Shown: positions 13,554-26,994 of the stretch, piece by piece
How positions within the stretch are numbered: the stretch's first letter is position 1
Layout of the letters: the number at the start of each line of letters is the position of its first letter
Assembly (NCBI RefSeq): GCF_009914755.1
Contig: NC_060932.1
Direction: 5' to 3' (one strand)
Length of the DNA stretch: 64,000 nt
DNA from: the human T2T-CHM13v2.0 reference genome, Homo sapiens
Translations under genes and position numbers: made by a program
The notes under the pieces: generated by a model
Seen by the model: the letters and a program-made list of their open reading frames with translations, nothing else
Database searches by the model: none
Told to the model about the DNA's origin: nothing

Positions 13554-16169
13554 TTTATTATTTTATTATACTTTAAGTTCTAGGGTACATGTGCACAACA
13601 TGCAGGTTTGTTACATAGGTATACATGTGCCATGTTAGTTTGCTGCACCCATCAACTTGTCATTTACATTAGGTATTTCTCCTAATGCTATCCCTCCCCC
13701 AGCCCCCCGCAAAAGGCCCTGGTGTATGATGTTGCCCACCCTGTGTCCATGTGTTCTTGTTGTTCAACTCCCACCTATGAGTGAGAACATGCAGTGTTTG
13801 ATTTTCTATCCCTGTGATAGTTTGCTGAGAATGATGGTTTCCAACTTCATCCATGTCCTTGCAAAGGACATAAACTCATCCTTTTTTATGGCTGCATAGT
13901 ATTCCATGGTGTATATGTGCCACATTTTGTTTATCCAGTCTATCACTGATGGACATTTGAGTTGGTTCCAGGTCTTTGCTATTGTGGATAGTGCCACAAT
14001 AAACATACATGTGCATGTGTCTTTATAGTAGAATGATTTATAATCCTTTGGGTATATACCCAGTAATGGGATAGCGGAGTCAAATGGTATTTCTAGTTCT
14101 AGATCCTTGAGGAATTGCCACACTGTCTTCCACAATGGTTGAACTAATTTACACTCCCACCAACAGTGTAAAAGCGTTCCTATTTCTTCACTTCCTCTCA
14201 AGCATCTGTTGTTTCCTGACTTTTTAATGATCGCCATTCTAACTGGAATGAGATGCTATCTCATTGTGGTTTTGATTTGCATTTCTCTGATGACCAGTGA
14301 TGATGAGCATTTTTTCATATGTCTGTTGGCTGCATAAATGTCTTCTTCACGGAATTGGAAAAAACTAATTTAAAGTTCATATGGAACCAAAAAAGAGCCC
14401 ACATAGCCAAGACAATCCTAAGCAAAAAGAACAAAGCTGGAGGCATCAAGCTACCTGACTTTGAACTATACTACAAGGCTACAGTAACCAAAACAGTGTG
14501 GTACTGGTACACAACAGATATATAGACAAGTAGAACAGAACAGAGGCCTCAGAAATAACACCACACATCTACAACCACCTGATCTTTGACAAACCTGACA
14601 AAAACAAGCACTGGGGAAAGGATTCCCTATTTAATAAATGGTGCTGGGAAAACTGGCTATCCATACGTAGAAAGCTGAAACTGGATCCCTTCCTTACACC
14701 ATATACAAAAATTAACTCAAGATGGATTAAAGCCTTAAATTTAAGACCTAACACCATAAAAATCCTAGAAGAAAACCTAGGCAATACCATTCAGGACATA
14801 GGCAAGGGCAAAGACTTCATGAGTTAAACACCAAAAGTATTGGGGGAACCCGCCCCCGGTATTTCAACGTAGGTTCTTTCTATTTTCCATAAGTGTTGGC
14901 TGGCTGAGAAATAAAGAGAGACAGTATAAAGAGAGGAATTTTACAGCTGGGCCACCAGGGGTGACATCACATATCAGTAGGACCGTGATGTCCCTGAGTC
15001 TCAGACCAGCAAGTTTTTTATTAAGGTTTTCAAAAAGGGAGGGGGTATAAGAACAGAGAGTAGGTACAAAGATCACATGCTTCAAGGAGCAAAAAGCAGA
15101 ACCACTAATAAGGGCCTAACAAAGATCACATGCTTCTGAGGGAACAGGACAAAGGGCAAAAGCAGAACCACTGATAAGGGTCCAACAAAGATCACAGGGC
15201 AAAGGGCAAAAGCAGAACCACTGATAAGGGTCTATGTTCAGCAGTGCATGTATTGTCTTGATAAACGTCTTAAACAACAGAAAACAGAGTTCAAGAGCAG
15301 AGAACCAGTCTGACCACAAATTTACCATGGCGGAGCTTTCCCAACCCTAGTAAGCCTGCAGGAGATCAGGGCTTATCTCAGTCCTTATCTCAACTGCACA
15401 AGACAGACATTCCCAGAGTGGCTGTTTATAGACCTCCCTCCAGGAATGCATTCCTTTCCCAGGGTATTAATATTAATATTCCTTGCTAGGAAAAGAATTT
15501 TGCAATATCTTTCCTACTTGCACATCCATTTATAGGCTCTCTGCAAGAAGAAAAATATGGCTCTTTTTGCCCAACCCCGTAGGCAGTCAGACCTTATGGT
15601 TGTCTTCCCTTGTTCCATAAAAATTGCTGTTATTCAGTTCTTTTTCAAGGTGCACTGATTTCATGTTGTTCAAACACACATGTTTTACAATCAATTTGTA
15701 CAGTTAACACAATTATGACAGTGGTCCTGAGCTTACATACATCCTCAGCTTACGAAGATAACAGGATTAAGAGATTAAAGTAAAGATGGGCATAGGAAAT
15801 TATAAAAGTATTATTTGGGAACTGACAAATGTCCATATTAAATGAAATCTTCACAATTTATGTTCCTCTGCCATGGCTCCAGCTGGTCCCTCTGTTCAGG
15901 GTCCCTGACTTCCCGTAACACAAAAGCAATGGCAACAAAAGCCAAAATAGACAAATGGGATCTAATTAAACTAAAGAGCTTCTGCACAGCAAAAGAAACT
16001 CAGCAGAGTGAACAGGCAACCTACAGAATGGGAGAAAATTTTTGCAATCTACCCATCTGACAAAGGGCTAATATTCAGAATCTACAAAGAACTTAAACAA
16101 ATTTACAAGAAAAAAACAAACAACCCCATCAAACAGTGGCAAAGGATATGAACAGGCACTTCTCAAAAG
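13554..16169 (-). mobile_element. L1PA6/7-like LINE-1, 5'-truncated and 5'-inverted (- 13554-14347; inverted + 14343-14837 and 15927-16169)
   Basis: L1PA 3' UTR and ORF2 C-terminus on - (ORF 13806..14237, HCWWECK motif); upstream ORF2 on +; TSD cacagttaattttc (13540-13553) / cacaattaattttc (16170-16183). Confidence 0.95.
14838..15920 (-). mobile_element. MER11 solo LTR (ERVK class, HERV-K11/HML-8)
   Basis: Right end is the reverse complement of TGTTACGGGAAGTCAGGGACCC (MER11 5' end); 1083 bp; perfect 6-bp TSD CAAAAG (14832-14837, 15921-15926); internal tandem units. Confidence 0.93.
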
Positions 16170-17239
16170 CACAATTAATTTTCATAAGTTTACCTTATAA
16201 GTCATATTCAATATTTCTCCTATATTGCCAAAATCCCATTTCACCTCCAATTCATAAATGTATGATTTCCCCCTCTAGACCCAATGTCTACAGCCATGAA
16301 TCAGACTCAAGACTTTGTACCAACACTGTTGCCTCAACTGTCCATTTCCAATGCACCCTCTATCCTGCTACCAAAGTTTATTTCCTGAAGGTCAGCTCTG
16401 AAAACCATATTGTTTCCTTTACTCCACCAACTCCACATAGCTTTGTCTAGTATTCAAAGTCTTCTATGATTTGAACTCATCATGGTTTTCCAGTCATTTG
16501 TCCCTTTATAGTTAGCTCAACTCCAACCTCTTCCAAAAAGTTTTCACAGATCCTCTCAGGTAGAATTTATTTATTCCCTGACACACTTGCCCCATACTTT
16601 CATACATCCATAAATTAACTACTAACAATCTGCCTCCCCCAAGAGTTCCTTATGCCTGTCTGTCTGCTTCACTAGTATAAGAGTTACTAAGGAATTGAGA
16701 CCAATCTTTTCATTATTCTGTACCTTCAATGCCAAGTCTGACACAGTAGAGTAACTACACACTCCATATAAAAGAAAATAAAGAGAACTTGCATGGCACA
16801 AAGAAAAAAATACTTTAGACAAGAACCATCCAGATTAGACAGCATTTGGTTAGCCAGTGTTTCCTGGCCCATTAGAATCAATCATCAATTAAACAGAATC
16901 TTTGGACGAGGACACCTAGCATCAGTATTTTTTAGTTTCCCGGGTGACTTCAGTTGCAGAAAACTACAGTTGAACATAATATCTGAGAACAGTTTCCTCA
17001 CTCAGGATGTCCACGTTTCATTTGTTGGGCCAAGTCCAATTACTTGATAGTGGCTGTCTGGAACACTGCCTTGAGAAGGATTTAAAGGCTCCCTTGGGTC
17101 TCAGCAGAAGAGAGTATACAGATTGATTGTCAATGTCTGTCAAGAGCAAGTAATCAGGGAGCTGAAACTATCATGCTGCTAATTGGCATCTCTGTGATTG
17201 ATGCATGAATGAAAAGGAACTTGGTGGACCTAATGACTA

Positions 17240-17370
17240 TCATACATGCACACACACACACAAAGACACACATATATACACACATATTCATGACACTCAT
17301 ATATAATTATCATTTATATATAAACATACACATGCATATATATTTATATATGTATGTTATATATAATAAT
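17240..17370. repeat. (CA)n/(TA)n low-complexity tract
   Basis: cacacacaca...tatatata runs. Confidence 0.8.
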
Positions 17371-17374
17371 AACT

Positions 17375-17690
17375 CACTTTCAGAGTGTCAGCTATATGCT
17401 GAACACTGGGTTAAGCATTGGCAATATTGCTAAACAATATTAATGTGGGCTCTGCCCTCAGGGAGCAGACAGTCTAGGGGAAACAGTATTTATAAAATAA
17501 TCACACAAACAGTTAATTAAAAAGTAAGAAAGAAAACTAAAGGATGCACTACAAATCTCCATGAAAGGGATACTGAACTAGTTTAGAGGAACAGAGAAGG
17601 TCCCCCTATGGAAGTGGCATTTTAGTTAGGATATAAGTGATGCATAGGATTTGGCAAGGGCAAGAGTGGAGGGAAGAGCTTTTCAGGCTA
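17375..17690 (-). mobile_element. L2 3' fragment
   Basis: 'tctgccctcaggga gcagacagtctagggg', 'cagagaaggtcccc..ggaagtggcattt'. Confidence 0.65.
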
Positions 17691-18290
17691 GAGGCCAACC
17701 CATGGGGGAAGGATGGGAACCCAGGCTCCCACACACAGAGCTCTGTGCTCTTGGCAAGTTACTTTAACTCTGTTTGGCTCATCTGTAAATGGAGGACTAA
17801 TAAGCCATAGTGTGTGATATTGTTTCAAGGCTGCAACCAGATACTTCACGTTACATATGTAGTGCTGCCTATACCACCATGCAGCAGGGAGAAGTTGTTC
17901 CACGATGAAAAGTACAAACACTATGGAGCCTCAGATCAGACTTTGGCTCTATCATTTACTAGCTGTGTGGCTTGGTCAAATAATTTCACCACTCTGAGTC
18001 TCATTTTCCACATCTGTAAACTGAAGGTAGTTATTAGTTACAATGAGAAGACCACAGTGGTTAAGTGCCTGCCATCTGAAGTCAGACTGCCCGCATTCAA
18101 ATTCTGGCTTCACCACTTTCTAGCTGTGTGGCTTGGGCAAATTAACCCTTGTGTGCCTCAATTTCCTCAACTATAAAATAGGGATAATAATTGAGTCATT
18201 GGTGAAGATTCAGTGAGGCAATGTATGTAAAGGACTTAACACAGTGCCTGTCACAAAGAATGTACTTGAAAGAATGTACTTGGCAAATAT
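17690..18290 (+). mobile_element. Three consecutive MIR copies/fragments
   Basis: Three MIR cores ('ggcaagttactttaactc', 'tactagctgtgtggcttggtcaa', 'tagctgtgtggcttgggcaaatt...gtgcctcaatttcctca'). Confidence 0.75.
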
Positions 18291-18596
18291 TGATTCTCTT
18301 GGTAATTTCTGATTTGGTAGAATTTACTCTGCATTAGTATTTACTCATAGGAATTAATTCTAATTACACCAAATGAAAGATACCAAAAGCTTTGAGTTTT
18401 CAAGAACTTTGAAGCTAAGAAACCCACAGCAGAGCTGCCCCACAGTATGTTCCCATCTGTGAACAAGCAGAGCTGGTGTTGGCATGGATGATGCTGTGCA
18501 TTAACCTGGCATCTGCTTTCAGGACCCTCACTGCACCACCAGAGGTTTTGAATTTCACTTTCCACAAAAGCAGAGGCCCACATAGCACCTACACTC

Positions 18597-18830
18597 TCAT
18601 GAACTGGATTAGCATCCTTATAAAAGGGGCCTGAGGGGCCTTATCTGCCCCTTCAACCATGTTAGGACACAGCTAGAAGGCACCATCTTTGAAGGAAAGA
18701 GCAAGCACTCACCAGCCACCCAATCAGTTGGTGTCTTGATCACAGACTCCAGAACTATAAAAAAAAAAACTTCTGTTGTTTATAAATTGCCCAGTGTAAG
18801 ACATTTTGTCATAGCAGCCCAAACAGATTA
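18597..18830 (+). mobile_element. MLT1A/MSTD-type LTR 3' part
   Basis: 'ccttataaaagg', 'gaaggcaccatct', 'ctccagaact', 'gtttataaattgcccag...tgtcatagcagccc'. Confidence 0.75.
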
Positions 18831-19214
18831 TGTCAGAGGGTTTTCTTTGAAAAAGCAGTAGGCAGGAAATAGCAGGAACTGTAATGATTTCTGCCCTAGG
18901 TCCATTCTCCAAAAGTAGTACTTTTCAACTTTGTTTCGGAAGCTAATTTTTTTGTTGAAAAGCATTGAGTCACATAGTGTTGGTAGTCAGGCCATGAGAC
19001 ACAAGAGAAGGTACTAGAAGGGAAGAACTATTTTGTAAACTCACTCCCCTCCCAGTGGCACCCCAGTCCCACTCCCAGCTCCCAGCTCCTCTCCTGAGAT
19101 ATTGAATGGGTCACACTCCCGAGCAGGGGTCTCAAGAAAGGGAGAATGTGAAGGATCCAAAAGCAAATCCTAAGAAAGGAGTAGGGAAGCAGACTGATTA
19201 TTGAGATGTTGTGC

Positions 19215-19775
19215 TTTATCATGAAGATGCTTTTGGCTGCAAGTAATAGGGGGAAAAAATCCAACGGCTCAAACACTAAGAGAAGGACTGAAGAAGGAGT
19301 GTTAACAGGGATGGCTATTTCAGAGGCTCAATGACTTCATGATGGACCCAGGTTTACTTCTAGCCTTCCATGCTGCCATGCTCAGTATGTTCTCCTAAGG
19401 TTTGCACCCTTTATGGTCACCTAAAGAAGAATCGCAGTTGCAGTCATTATATGCAGGCACGTCAGTATTCAGGAGCAGCAACAGAGCACCCAACACTCCT
19501 TCCTGAAAATGAGGAAAACCTTTCCAGGAAACCCCTGAGCAGATCTCCATTCATATCTCATTGGACAAACTAAGTTCACATGCCAATGCCTAAACCAATC
19601 ACTGTGAAGTGACTGGTTCCATGATTATTGGCTTAGACCCGTCAGAAGTCACTCCCTGAGCCTGCGGCAATTGCAGAGCCCAGCCTTTCTTGATAGTCAC
19701 CGAGAATGGACACCTAAGCAAAATCAGACTTCCGTGAGCAAGCAAGAAAAGGCAGGCAACAGTGTCTGCAAAAGA
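19215..19775 (-). mobile_element. Old MLT1 (K/L-like) LTR
   Basis: 'ttttggctgcaagtaatag', 'catatctcattggacaaact..cacatgcc..ctaaaccaatcactg', 'attggcttagac'. Confidence 0.65.
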
Positions 19776-20257
19776 GTGGCACAAAGCTGAAGCCCAGTGA
19801 TAGGACCAGGGCCACAAGGCAGAAACTAGGACCCAAGGAATCAGGAGCAAAGAAGAATCCCCATTATCATGGCTAAATTAAAGGGACATGATTACTAAAA
19901 GGGAATTACGAGGGGGGTAGAATGAGCACAGTATGCACACACACCTGCCCTGTCTTGAATGAAGGAAGAAGAGGCGGAAAGGGCACTAAGCTAAGTGCAT
20001 GGATAGGAAAATCAGTCAGCTGCTACCCTGAGCTATTGCCCAGAAGCACAGGGCAAACCCTGCTCTATACTCCTAACCCCGAAAGCAGCCAGCCCAGGGT
20101 GATTGTCTCTATTCTTGAAGTGAGTACAAAGAATTTCACATAATGTCAAAAGACTCATATCTCAGTGCCCATCTTAGCCAATTCCTGCACTAATGACACT
20201 TCTGAGCCTTGATTTCTTCATCTGAAAAATATAAGTGATAAAAAGACCATTCTTTTC

Positions 20258-20726
20258 TTTTTTTTATTATATTTTAAGTTTTAGGGTACATGTACACAAC
20301 GTGCAGGTTTGTTACATATGTATACATGTGCCATGTTGGTGTGCTGCACCCATTAACTTGTCATTTAACATTAGGTATATCTCCTAATGCTACCCCTCCC
20401 CCGTCCCCCCACCCCACAACAGGCCCCGGTGTGTGATGTTCCCCTTCCTGTGTCCATGTGTTCTCATTGTTCAATTCCCACCTATGAGTGAGAACATACG
20501 GTGTTTGGTTTTTTGTCCTTGCGATAGTTTCCTGAGAATGATGGTTTCCAGCTTCATCCATGTCCCTACAAAGGACATGAACTCATCATTTTTTATGGTT
20601 GCATAGTATTCCATGGTGTATATGTGCCACATTTTCTTAATCCAGTCTATCATTGTTGGACATTTAGGTTGGTTCCAAGTCTTCGCTATTGTGAATAGTG
20701 CCACAATAAACATACTTGTGTATGTG
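20258..20726 (-). mobile_element. L1PA4-like 3' end (~470 bp), inserted in a MIR
   Basis: L1PA 3' UTR ('cattaacttgtcatttaacattaggtatatctcc') plus ORF2 terminus; 18-bp TSD aaaaagaccattcttttc (20240-20257) / aaaaagaccactcttttc (20727-20744). Confidence 0.93.
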
Positions 20727-22564
20727 AAAAAGACCACTCTTTTCAAAGCCTCACAAGAATTACAGGAGATCATGCAAGGGCTGGGCACCAGATAAAAACG
20801 TGACTATATTAATAGTCATTTATAAACCTCTAACAATCTCAGCTTGTGCAATGTGCCTGACTCATGATACAAAATAGAAGATATCTTTTACCCCACAACC
20901 AAACTAGCCAGGAATTCAATGAAAGGAATCATATCAACATATTTCTAATCAAAATGGAGATCCTAGACTTTGGTGGCCCAACTGTAAGAATAAACAGCTC
21001 CTTTCTATCTTTCAATTTTAAGGTTTCTTTCCATTTTTGTATTTCTTTCCAAAAAACAGAACTAGTCTCTACATCATTCTATGTGCAAGCAGCAGTAACT
21101 ATTCAGCATGTCAGCTCTCTGGTTAAAAGTTATAGTTTTTCATTTTTGTTCCAGAGAAAACACCATCCAGAAATATAATCATAATATTCCAAAGGAAAGC
21201 ATAGTCATTTTTCAAATCTCTCAGATGTACATGATACCATGTCCCAATTTGTACGCACCCCAGATCCAGCTTTTGAAATAAAGAGGGACTTTGGTTACAA
21301 AACTCTGATGGCACTTGATTTTAGTAGCAAGAGCAAAATGTTTCCATATTAGCTTTGCTATTAGCTTACGGTGCTACCTTCACCAAGTCACTTCCCATCT
21401 CTGGGCCTCACTTTCTTCATCCAAATGAGGAATTGGACTCGTTGATTTCATGGATTCATTCGAGTATCTACCACTTAGTAAGAACTGGCGCTGTCTGAGA
21501 GATTTTTATCTCTAATACTCACTGCAGAGAACTGAGTCTCAGCAAGGTTAAGTCTGGGTTCAAACCCCAGTCTGTGTAACAATACAGCCCTTAAATAATT
21601 TACTATACTGTCTTGAAACATCTGCTCTTTCTTATTTTACCACTTTTTGAATTTTTTCAATAAGTCACTTATTTCTCACCCTTTATAGATCTGGATTATG
21701 ACCTCAAGACCACGTAACTGGTTTTGTTATCTATGTGTCAGTTCGTATAGCTCCCTACAAAGGATGGGGCAGAGCGGTAGGGATGTCCCAAAGAGGCAGG
21801 GACTGGGGGCTAAACCTAAGACTGCTGGAATCCTGCACCCTCTCTCATCACCCCATTTTTGTCCCAGGCAGTTGTCTTCCAGCTAAGTGTGTCCTCTCCC
21901 CACCTAGTCATTAGAAGCAACCCAAGACCCTCTGAGCACTGAGGGTGAGAAGGGCACCGCCCATCCCCAGGCCCGCTTCCTTTCAACAACTTCATAAAGG
22001 CTTCCTCGGACACGGCATTATAGGGGATGCAACCTCGGAGTTCAGGGGTTCCTGAGACTGGTCACCCCTCCTCTCTGGCCTTTCCCAAGCTTGTTGGGCA
22101 GCCACCTTCTCCCTTCCTGGCCTAATCATCTACAACAAAGAGTTTGATGAAGAGGGACTGTAAGAAGGGTGATATTTAAAGGGGGAAAAGATATCCATTC
22201 TAAATTCAGACAAAAGATGAGATTAAATGGTTCAGAGAATGGCCTCTCCAACTTGCTGAGAAGGCCTCTGTGAAATTAACATACTTCCCTAGCTGAGAAA
22301 GCTGCCCTCTCTTCACATCCATATGCTTGAGAATGTCAACCCAGGAACCTGGTTTAAGATTTGCTTGATGTCAAGAAGAGAAATAACTGCAGAAAAGAAC
22401 TGATCTGAGACCTTCGTCTTTCTCAGGTCAACTGTGGGGCTTTGCCTGGGGCACAGGTACTCAGCAAAAACACTAATTTCCCCATTCTTACCAGCGTTAG
22501 AAATGGAAGCAATAATCTGAGAATCTGGATTCTAGCTTGGTGAGTTGCCACTAGAGAAGAAACA

Positions 22565-22715
22565 CCACTACTTGGCAGCTGTGTGGCCTTAAGCAAGTTA
22601 CTTGACCTCTCTGACCCTCAGGTTCTCCATAGATATATCACTTACCCAGTTGTCGGAGTGGTTAAAGAATGAGATAAGGTATGGAAAGTAATTAATTGGT
22701 AACAAGAGTGCTCAT
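22565..22715 (+). mobile_element. MIR
   Basis: 'cagctgtgtggccttaagcaagttacttgacctctctgaccctcagg'. Confidence 0.75.
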
Positions 22716-23701
22716 TTTCTCTTTCCTTCCCTCCCAAGTTTTTTCATTCCTACATTTTCTCCCTTCCTTTCTACCTACCTTCCTTTCTTGTCTCATTCAA
22801 GGACTACACTTTTCAATATCTGCTCTGGGTGAGTTATTTTGCTAAGAGCTAAGATTACCAAGATAAGTATCACACCACCCCACCTTCTTGTTTAAGGAGG
22901 AGACAGTTTCAATTGTGTGGTAAAAGCAATGGAAATTATGCACAGAATTTAATCCATAAATACTAAATACCTAGACCCTTGGAGTTTAGGTGGTGCTTCT
23001 GGAGCTCTTCTATCAGTCCCTGGGTCGACAATTCACCAAGCTATTTATCAGTTTATATTACCCCGCATGCTACTAGGGCAGATTTGGGACCAGGACTCAG
23101 GTCTGGTGGCCCCTGCCTGAAGCTCTTTCAAACATGAACCTGATGGCAAAGAATTAGAAGGTCATGAACCATGATTTTTAAATATGCCACTTAATTCATG
23201 CTCAAACAGAAACTATTCTCCTTTTTTATTTTTCTGTCTCAAAAAAAGAAATAAATAATAACTTTTACGGTGAGATCACTTTGGTGATAACGCAAGTCTA
23301 CAGAGCTACAAAATAATTCAGCTTTCAAAAATAGATGTAGACCCAGAGAAAAAACGGTCACTGGGGAAGGGAAGCATCAGCTCTTACCCCACCCTTTTTG
23401 AAACCAAACCACACAGAACCCTGAGTGGGCTACTCAAATTCCAGCTGAGACTGTAGGCTGAGACAAATACTTGTTTTTAAAAAGTCACATGCACAGATGA
23501 CCTTTGTAGTGTTGTTGATTATGTCTAGAAGGGTAATGCGGAAAGAGCACTGGTCATGGCATCAAGAAAGGACTTCTGCAAATGCTGTCTTGGAGACCTG
23601 GGCTTGTCCCTCGTCTCATTGAGATGTACATTTCCTAATGTGTAAGATACTGTAAGGAACCAGTGTGCCAGAATACAAAAAGTGTTTCAAAATTATGGAA
23701 A

Positions 23702-24221
<520 letters not shown>

Positions 24222-24599
24222 GTCCAGAGGAAATAGACCACCCTGATGATAATGGCTACCTCTGAGAAGAGGTTGGGTGCTGGGAGAATTTTTTTAACTT
24301 TTACTTTATAAACTTCTGTATTGTCTATGTTGCCATGAACATGTGTCTTATTTATAATTTTTTAAATAAAGAACAACAAGGAAGTGATTGTCATTGAAAA
24401 CATGATAACAGTTACTTCCAGAGAAAGGTGGATGATCTAGAAGGGACTCAGGATAGACTTCTGGGATGCTGGGAATGAAATACTTGGGCACAGATACTCA
24501 GCAAAAGAAATTTATTTTCTCATTCATGACAGCCATAGGTGTGGATAGAGCTACATGCATGTACACTTTAAAATTATTTATAAAAGTTGTCTTATACAC

Positions 24600-26994
24600 T
24601 GTATTAGTCCATTCTCACACTGCCATAAAGATATAACTGAGACTGGATAATTTGTAAAGAAAAGAGGTTTAATTGACTCACAGTTTGGCATGGCAGGAGA
24701 GGTCTCAGGAAACTTACAATCATGGTGGAAGGCAAAGGGGAAGCAAGGCACATCTTCCCATTGCAAAGCAGGAGAGAAAGAGAGTGAAGCGGGAAGTGCC
24801 ACACACTTTTAAACCATGAGAGCTCATAAGAACTTACTCACTACCATGAGAACAGCATGTGGGAAATCCTCCCCCAGGATCAAATCACCTCCCACCAGGC
24901 CCCACCTTTAACACGTGGGGATTACAATTCCACATGAGATTTGGGTGGGGACACAGAGCCAAACCATATCATTCTGCCCCTGGGCCCTCCCAAATCTCAT
25001 GTTCTTCTCACATTTCAAAACATAAACATACCTTCTCAACAGTCTCCCAAAGTCTTAACTCATTCCAGCATTAACTCAAAAGTTCAAGTTCAAAGTCTAT
25101 CTGAGATAAAGCAAGTCCCTTCCACCTATGAGCCTGTAAAATCAAAAACAAGTTAGTTACTTTCAAGATACAATGGGCGTACAGGCATTGGGTAAATGTT
25201 CCCTTTCCAAAAGGAAGAAATTGGCCAAAACAAGGGAGGTAGAGGACCCACAGAAGTCCAAAACCCAGCAGGGCAGTCATTAATCCTAAAGCTCTAAAAT
25301 AATCTCCTTTGACTCCATGTCTTACATTCAGGGCAGGTTGATGTAAGGAGTGGGCTCCCAAGGCCTTGGACAGCTCCACCCCTGTTGCTCTGCAGGGACA
25401 GCCCCTGCAGCTGCTTTCATAGGATGGTGTTGAGTGCCTGTGGCTTTTCCAGGTGCATGGTGCAAGCTGTTGTTGGATCTAGCATTCTGGAGTCTGAAAG
25501 ATGGTGCCCCACTTCTCACAGCTCCACTAGGCAGTGCCCCAGTGGGGACTCTGTGTGAAGGTTCCAGCCCCACATTTCCCCTCTGCACTGACCTAGTAGA
25601 GGTTCTCCATGAGGGTTCCTCCCCTGCAGCAGACTTCTGTCTGGACATCCAGATGTTTCCATACATCCTCTGAAATCTAGGTGGAGGTTCCCAAACCTCA
25701 ACTCTTGTCTCCTGCACACCCACAGGCCCAACATCACATGTAAGCCATCAAGGCTTGGGACTTGCACCCTCTGAAGCCACTGCCTTGGATGTACCTTGAC
25801 CACTTTAGCCACAGCTGGAACAGGAGCAGCTGGGATACAGGGTGCCATGACCCAAGGCTGCACAGAGTAGCAGAGCCCTGGGACTGGCCCATGAAATCAT
25901 CTTTTCCTCCTAGGCCTCCAGGTCTGTGATGGAAGGGGCTGCCTCAAAGGTTTCTGACATGCCATGAAGACATTTTCTCCATTGTCTTGGCTATTAACAT
26001 TCAACTCCTCTTTACTTATGCAAATTTCTGAAGCCAGCTTGAACTTCTCCCCAGAAAATGGGTTTTTCTCTTCTATCACATGGTCATGCTGCAAATTTTC
26101 CAAACTTGTGTGCTCTGCTTCCCCTTTAAATGTAAGTTCCTATTTCAGACCATCTCTTTGTGAACGCATATGACTGTAGGCTGTTAGAAGAAGTCAGGCA
26201 CATCTTGAATGCTTTGCTGTTTAGAAATTTCTTCCGCCAGATACCCTAAATCATCTCTCTCAAGTTCAAAGTTTCACAGATCCCTAGAGCAGGGGCAGAA
26301 TGCCCCTAATCTCTTTGCAAAAGCATAGCAAGAGTGACATTTGCTCCAATTCCCAATAAGTTCCTCATCTCCATCTAAGACCCCCTCAGCCTGGACTACC
26401 ACTGTCCATATCACTATCAGAATTCTGGTCACAATCATTCAACAACTGTCTACAAAGTTCCAAACTTTCCCTCATGTTCCTGTTTTCTTCTGAGTCCTTC
26501 AAACTGTTCCAACCTCTGCCCATTACCCAGTTCCAAAGTTGCATCCACATTTTCAGGTATCTTTATAGCAATGCTCCTCTTTCCTGGTACGAATTTTCTG
26601 TATTAGTTCGTTTTCAAACTGCTATAAACAACTATGTGAGACTGGGTAATTTATGAAGAAAAGAGGTTTAATTGACTCAGTTTTATAGGCTTAACAGGGA
26701 GCATGATAGGAGGCCTCAGGAAGCTTATAATCATGGCAGAAGGCAAAGGGAAAGAAGGGACCTTCTTCACATGATGGCAGGAGAGAGGAGAGAGAGAGCA
26801 AGTGTGCACACAAAGAAGGAAGTGCCACACACTTTTAAACCATCAGATCTCGTGAGAACTCATTATCATGAGAACAGCATGGGGAAATCTGACCCCATCA
26901 TCCAATCACCTCCTACCCCAGGCCCCACCTTCAAAACTTGGGGATTATAATTCCACATGAGATTTGGGTGGGAACACAGAGCCAAACCATATCA
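24600..26994 (-). mobile_element. Full-length THE1D/MSTA-type MaLR provirus (3' LTR 24600-24971, internal 24972-26598, 5' LTR 26599-26994)
   Basis: Two LTRs TGTATTAG...CCAAACCATATCA; internal MaLR ORF remnants (25071..25379, 25328..25723, 25897..26103); TSD tacac/tgcac; inserted into an L1M 3' end. Confidence 0.93.

Noticed and set aside
13806-14237. 143-aa ORF with a zinc-knuckle-like HCWWECK (also 20471..20788)
   Set aside because: C-terminal L1 ORF2 remnants in truncated elements without promoter, endonuclease or complete RT.
15067-15234. Repeat-spacer-like array reminiscent of CRISPR
   Set aside because: Internal tandem units of the MER11 LTR in human DNA; spacers are related to each other and there are no cas genes.
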